Source: Candidatus Aenigmatarchaeota archaeon (GTDB taxonomy: Archaea; Aenigmatarchaeota; Aenigmatarchaeia; CG10238-14; SCSR01). From it: a stretch of 64,000 nt of DNA. The translations under genes were made by a program, and so were the position numbers. Under the pieces are notes generated by a model, which saw only the letters and a list, made by a program, of their open reading frames with translations, did no database searches and was not told the origin of the DNA. Location: contig JACPJT010000007.1 in assembly GCA_016187415.1 (NCBI GenBank), positions 68,821 through 132,820 on the forward strand, read 5' to 3'. Of the stretch, positions 59,008 through 64,000 are shown piece by piece. How positions within the stretch are numbered: the stretch's first letter is position 1; the number at the start of each line of letters is the position of its first letter.

Positions 59008-59601
59008 ATGGTTATTAAAAAAACTATAGGCATTGCAGGAGTTTTTCTTATAGGCATCGTGCTCGGTATCGTGATAAGTTCATTGTCACCGCTCAACTTA
59101 ACTACGCTGGTCAATGGCGACGTTTCATCGAAAGTAAAAAGTCTTTACGAACTTGTCAATCCCGGAGTTAGTGTAAGCGTTGTCAAGATAGACGACGTAA
59201 ACGGGATGTATAAAGTCCTTTTCAAGGCCGTTGACGTATCGGGCGGCGTAACTTATCGGGAAACTTTCATCACAAAAGACGGCAAACTTCTTACAGAAAA
59301 TATGGTTCAGGTGGATCCTTCCATATCTCAGTTGAATAAGACCCATAATTTTGTGGATTGCCTCGCGACTAAAGATGTCAAGGTAGCAGGCATTGCCAAT
59401 GATACGGTCACATTGATGCAGTTTAACGCTCTTGGCGGCTCTTATGCGACAAAATTATATCTCAGTTGCGACGGCGGGCAGGTGCAGCAATGTGTCAACA
59501 GCGGCATAACTCAGGTGCCAGCGGTAATTTACAACAGTAAGATATATGCGGGTGTCCAGACAATCCAGTTCTTGGGTAACCTGACCGGGTGCACTTTCTA
59601 A
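59008..59601 (+). CDS. Membrane-anchored thioredoxin-fold-like protein lacking CxxC
   Basis: ITKDGK N-domain; FVDCL, YLSC...C..GITQVP. Confidence 0.55.
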   Translation: MVIKKTIGIAGVFLIGIVLGIVISSLSPLNLTTLVNGDVSSKVKSLYELVNPGVSVSVVKIDDVNGMYKVLFKAVDVSGGVTYRETFITKDGKLLTENMVQVDPSISQLNKTHNFVDCLATKDVKVAGIANDTVTLMQFNALGGSYATKLYLSCDGGQVQQCVNSGITQVPAVIYNSKIYAGVQTIQFLGNLTGCTF

Positions 59602-59738
59602 GTGAACTCACTGCACACCAATTCTCAAACGCGTGATCACAGCAATCATGCATATCAGAAGAAAATAGCATTTAAATTCAGCAAATGCGATATATTAAAT
59701 AACTGCTCTTTAAGGGTAGTTTGAATCGATATGCATAA

Positions 59739-59975
59739 ATGGTTAGCAAAGAGAGCCGTCTCATGAAAAACAACTTTAGAGAGAGAATATTGGAATTATT
59801 AAAATCCAGGCCGGACGGTCTGACGATTTTGGACATATCAATACAATTGCGCGCCAACCGCAACACGATCACAAAATACATCTATGAGCTTTCCGGCGCA
59901 GGCGTGATTAATCAGCGAAGAATAGGCGTTGCAAAGCTCTGCTCGCTTTCAAAATATGCTCGGAGGGATAAATGA
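59739..59975 (+). CDS. Winged-HTH protein
   Basis: ILELLK...GLTILDIS...NRNTITKYIYEL; ATGA overlap with the next gene. Confidence 0.8.
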   Translation: MVSKESRLMKNNFRERILELLKSRPDGLTILDISIQLRANRNTITKYIYELSGAGVINQRRIGVAKLCSLSKYARRDK

Positions 59976-62900
59976 TGAGGAAATTGTTTATAGTCTCATT
60001 TTCGATTGCATTCATGATATCTTTAAATGCCGTTGTAGCTGCGAATGTCCAGTCTCATCCGTTATCGCAATTATATCCTTTCGACGTCAACCTCAATGTC
60101 ACTGGCGTGAACATAACCAATGTATCCTATGTATTTTTCGGGAACAATTCTGTTGATACCTATCTTTACCGTTCTGGGACGAACACACTTCAGACCGCCA
60201 GCAATCTGGTGGTCACAGGCGGGTGGATCAATTCCACAAGCATCAACGCATCGTCGCTGTTGAATTCGCAGAATATAATTTCGGCAAGCTGGGTCAATGC
60301 GACTAACTTGAATGCCACTAATAACGCTACAATAGGAGGATATGTCGGCGTCGGGATCGCATTGCCGCAATCCAAGCTGCATGTCCAAGGCGCATCAACA
60401 ACGTTGCTGAATGTAAGCAATTCCACTACATCATATCTGCTGATCGACGATTCAAATCAGATTGTCAATTTCTTCGCGCCGATAACCCAGACGGAAGGCA
60501 AGGTGAACATAGGAGGACCTGGCAGCATAATTTCAGATACGCCCGGTTCAAACCAACTCTTGACTTTTGACAGTTTCTTCGGCTTCAGGCTTGGCGCAGA
60601 CCAGATAACTTTGAATCTTGAAGTCGAGAATGGAGGCTGGATATCCCCTCCAATCATGTCGTTTAACAGGCAAGGACAAGGAGTAGGCATCAACGTCTTC
60701 ACCCCAACTAGCGCCTATCTCGATGTCAACACTTCTGCAACAGCAAAACCTGCGCTAATAGTAAGAGGCAGCGCAGCATCCACTTCCAATATCACAGAAT
60801 GGAGGGACGGCGGCAACAACAAGCTGGTGAGCATAGACAATCAAGGATCGTTATTGGTTGGAAACGGCACAACAGGATTGTTCGCAAATGCGTCATCAGG
60901 CAAGGTCGGGATAGGGATACTGACGCCGACTACAAAATTGGATGTTGTCGGGCAGATAAACGCCACAAAAATTACTGTGAATGGTTCCGATGTTGTTTCA
61001 ATCGCAAATTCGACAGCAGGCAGCAACGGTCTTGTCGGGTACTGGACATTTGACGAGGGTGCTGGGAGCAACGTTTATGACGCTTCCGGTTATGACGATA
61101 CGGGCGTACTGGTGAACATGAACATTACAGGCAATGCAACAAGCGGTTGGAATGTCACCGGCTGCAAGTCTGGCGGATGCATGAATTTTGACGGAATTAA
61201 TGATTATATTAACGTCACGGATAATCCAGTTCTAAATATTTCGGGTTCGATTACGCTTTCAGCTTGGGTAAAAATTGGGGTCGGTTCAGGCGGCGGAATG
61301 ATACTGGCCAAGCAACAGGACTTGGCAGGCACAGCAGACGACAGCGGATATTTTCTATCTGGCGCTAGTTCACCAAGATTTTTAATCGACAACGCCGGCA
61401 CAACTAGCGATATATTCGGCACTACCGATTTGAGGGACAACAAGTGGCATTTGTTGACAGGGACTTACGATTATTCAACAGGCATCACAAGAGTCTATGT
61501 TGACGGAAAGCAGGAAAATTCAGGCACATTCTCCACCACGATAGGCTTGATAAACAAGAGTTTCATAATCGGCGACAGGGCGCAATTGGATTCGCATTTC
61601 AACGGAACCATCGACGAAGCCAAGATATACAACAGGGCGCTGTCTTCAGACGAAATAAGGGCGGAGTTTATTGCAGGCAGTGGCGGGCAGGTTATTTTGT
61701 CCGCGAAGAATCTGGTTGTTGGCAACTGGGTTAATACATCCAACATCAACGTCAGCTCTACCTTCAACGCGCCGAACATTGTCGCAGGCGGCGGCTGGAT
61801 AAACGGGACGAATTTTAATGCATCCAGTACTATTTACGGCACCAACTTGATATCATACGGCTGGGTGAACACGTCTGCATTGAATATTACAGGAACTAAT
61901 GCAGCTGTCACCCCGTTGACAGTGCAGGCAAAATCAGGCCAGACAGCAAACATAACAATGGTGCAAAACGCTTCAGGATTTCCGTTTATGTGGGTGAACT
62001 CGTCAGGCAGCCTGAATCTGCAGCAGCCATCAGACAGCATCCCGAGTTTTTCAGCATACGGTTATGATGGTCGTGTTGTCACACAGTTTTATTGGAACGC
62101 CGGAGGCGGCAATTTAATGTATTGGCAGGCACCTGGTTCGAATCTTCAAATAAGTGCGGGAGGTGCTATAAATATCTTACCCGTCGACACACTAACTATC
62201 ACGGGCTTGGATTCCACGCATGGCAATAATGTAAGGCTTGTCGTCAAGGGCACAACAGACCAGACAGGTAATCTGACGGAATGGCGAGATTCCGGCGCAA
62301 ATAAGTTGGCGTCTGTCAGTTCCAAGGGCGACCTCTTGATAGGAAACAATACAATTGGGTTATACGCCAATGCGACGACAGCCAACGTTGGCATCGGAAC
62401 CACATCCATCGGCAACTACAAGCTGAACGTCATCGGCGACATAAACGCCTCATGGGGCAACTTCACCAATCTCAATATCTCAAGCACATTCAACGCTCCC
62501 AACGTAGTGTCGGCAGGAGGATGGATAAATGCAAGCAATGTGAATGCGACAAATGCAGTCTATGCAACGAACGGCACATTCTACAGTTCTATAATACAAA
62601 AAGCTACATCATCCCCAGCAATCATAGGCTCCGTCAGCGATACAAGAATCAATTCTTCATACAGCGTATACGTCTCCGGCAAATACGCCTACGTCACTTC
62701 CTATAACAACAAAAGTCTAAGCGTCATTGACATCTCCGACCCAACATCACCGAATATAGCGGGCTCCATAAGCGACGGTCGCATAGGAAACGCACTGGCA
62801 GTTCAGGTCTCCGGCAAATACGCCTACGTCACAGACAACGGCTTTAATTTCACAGTGATTGATGTCTCCAACCCGTCCAATCCAACTTTCATCAGCTCTA

Positions 62901-64000
62901 TTAAAGACACAACCAATCTCGGCGTTGGTTATTCGATATACGTCTCCGGCAAATACGCCTACGTCCCAGCTACTATATCAAACAGATTCACAATCATTGA
63001 CATCTCCGACCCTTCCTCGCCAACCGTCGTGGGGTCGCTTAACGACAACAGGCTTTCGCACATTGAGCAAGCTTATATCGTCGGCAAATACGCCTACGTC
63101 ACTGGTTGGGGCAACAATAGTGTCAGCGTAGTGGATATGTCAAATCCAACATCGCCCGCCATCGTAGGCTCGGTGGAAAACAGCACTTATCTTACACAGG
63201 TGGATGGGATATACATCTCCGGCAAATACGCCTACGTCACCTCCTATAACGGAGGATCAAGTTATTTCACAATCATCAATGTTTCGAATCCAACTTCGCC
63301 CACCATTGTAAGCGCAGTCACGGACTCGACCAAGTTCAATTATCTTCCAAATGTCCAAGTCTCCGGCAAATACGCCTACGTCGTATCAAATTTGTATAAT
63401 GGGTTGACAGTGATTGATGTTTCCAACGCATCATCTCCAACCATTGTCGGCACAGTCAGCGACGGCACGAATTTATTAAGTTCCTTTAATATCTACGTCT
63501 CCGGCAAATACGCCTACGTCGTAGGCAATGGCAATGCTGCCCGTCTTACTGTAATTGATATCGGCGGCATTGATTCTTCATCCGCAAACATAGGAGACTT
63601 GTCAGCTTCGACAATAGACGTCACAGACAATTTGGATGTTGGAAACAATCTTTATGTCCGTAGCGGCATTAATGTGGGTCCTGGCGGGATTAGAACAGAC
63701 GGACCAGTAAGCCTAACCAACAATACTTTTGTTACAACCGAGTCTGGAAGAATTGGAGTAGGAACAAACACCACTGGCAACTATAAACTGAATGTGATAG
63801 GAGACATCAATGCGACTTGGCTCAACGCGACTAATCTCAATACGACAGGCACGTCATTCGTGAACAATCTGCAATCTTATAATTGGCTCAACGCCACCAA
63901 CCTGAACGCATCTGGCTGGACGAATACAACGAACTTGAATGTCTCCAGCAACGCTTATGTCAACCATTCGTTGTGCGTAGGAAATATATGCAATACAACA
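59972..64000 (+). CDS. Giant secreted surface protein (fibre-like VGIG repeats, LamG, seven LVIVD repeats), runs off the window
   Basis: MMRKLFIVSFSIAF signal; same frame at all checked points; GLVGYWTFDEG LamG; VSGKYAYV...VIDISDPTSP repeats; absent from the ORF track because it has no stop. Confidence 0.88.
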   Translation, partial: MMRKLFIVSFSIAFMISLNAVVAANVQSHPLSQLYPFDVNLNVTGVNITNVSYVFFGNNSVDTYLYRSGTNTLQTASNLVVTGGWINSTSINASSLLNSQNIISASWVNATNLNATNNATIGGYVGVGIALPQSKLHVQGASTTLLNVSNSTTSYLLIDDSNQIVNFFAPITQTEGKVNIGGPGSIISDTPGSNQLLTFDSFFGFRLGADQITLNLEVENGGWISPPIMSFNRQGQGVGINVFTPTSAYLDVNTSATAKPALIVRGSAASTSNITEWRDGGNNKLVSIDNQGSLLVGNGTTGLFANASSGKVGIGILTPTTKLDVVGQINATKITVNGSDVVSIANSTAGSNGLVGYWTFDEGAGSNVYDASGYDDTGVLVNMNITGNATSGWNVTGCKSGGCMNFDGINDYINVTDNPVLNISGSITLSAWVKIGVGSGGGMILAKQQDLAGTADDSGYFLSGASSPRFLIDNAGTTSDIFGTTDLRDNKWHLLTGTYDYSTGITRVYVDGKQENSGTFSTTIGLINKSFIIGDRAQLDSHFNGTIDEAKIYNRALSSDEIRAEFIAGSGGQVILSAKNLVVGNWVNTSNINVSSTFNAPNIVAGGGWINGTNFNASSTIYGTNLISYGWVNTSALNITGTNAAVTPLTVQAKSGQTANITMVQNASGFPFMWVNSSGSLNLQQPSDSIPSFSAYGYDGRVVTQFYWNAGGGNLMYWQAPGSNLQISAGGAINILPVDTLTITGLDSTHGNNVRLVVKGTTDQTGNLTEWRDSGANKLASVSSKGDLLIGNNTIGLYANATTANVGIGTTSIGNYKLNVIGDINASWGNFTNLNISSTFNAPNVVSAGGWINASNVNATNAVYATNGTFYSSIIQKATSSPAIIGSVSDTRINSSYSVYVSGKYAYVTSYNNKSLSVIDISDPTSPNIAGSISDGRIGNALAVQVSGKYAYVTDNGFNFTVIDVSNPSNPTFISSIKDTTNLGVGYSIYVSGKYAYVPATISNRFTIIDISDPSSPTVVGSLNDNRLSHIEQAYIVGKYAYVTGWGNNSVSVVDMSNPTSPAIVGSVENSTYLTQVDGIYISGKYAYVTSYNGGSSYFTIINVSNPTSPTIVSAVTDSTKFNYLPNVQVSGKYAYVVSNLYNGLTVIDVSNASSPTIVGTVSDGTNLLSSFNIYVSGKYAYVVGNGNAARLTVIDIGGIDSSSANIGDLSASTIDVTDNLDVGNNLYVRSGINVGPGGIRTDGPVSLTNNTFVTTESGRIGVGTNTTGNYKLNVIGDINATWLNATNLNTTGTSFVNNLQSYNWLNATNLNASGWTNTTNLNVSSNAYVNHSLCVGNICNTT
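62674..63520 (+). repeat. Seven in-frame copies of (CTC)CGGCAAATACGCCTACGTC, period 135-144 nt
   Basis: Copies at 62674, 62809, 62944, 63082 (19-nt core only), 63217, 63361, 63499. Confidence 0.92.

Noticed and set aside
59929-63131. Many short ORFs on other frames and strands
   Set aside because: Shadows of the single long plus-strand ORF from 59972; the same applies to antisense ORFs throughout the window
62674-63520. CRISPR array
   Set aside because: Spacers are ~115 nt, the period is a multiple of 3, units encode LVIVD repeats, and no cas genes are present

Overview
Gene-dense archaeal chromosome segment. An archaeal histone, RadA, RPA, topo VI, aIF-1A, eS1/eS17, AglB, EndA and SRP RNA identify it as archaeal. 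The compact layout and the many class III signal-peptide and LamG surface proteins suggest a DPANN lineage (inference). Housekeeping blocks alternate with three surface loci: (i) a ~19 kb type IV pilus-like locus (13.6-32.7 kb) with a long ATPase, a membrane platform, ~10 pilin-like genes, seven paralogous uncharacterised membrane proteins, and inserted radical SAM and MNT-HEPN cassettes; (ii) a lipoprotein triplet at 43-46.5 kb; (iii) a LamG/Ig/LVIVD adhesin region at 52.5-64 kb. There are five tRNA genes, four with introns. tRNA-Phe has two non-canonical BHB introns, lies inside a LAGLIDADG ORF and sits next to endA. Also found: a restriction nuclease broken by one TAG, a bacterial-type MetK, an unannotated 29-aa acidic micro-ORF, and a 19-nt motif identical in seven propeller-blade repeats. 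No CRISPR array, rRNA, integrase or transposase was seen. All family calls come from motif recognition by eye, not database searches.
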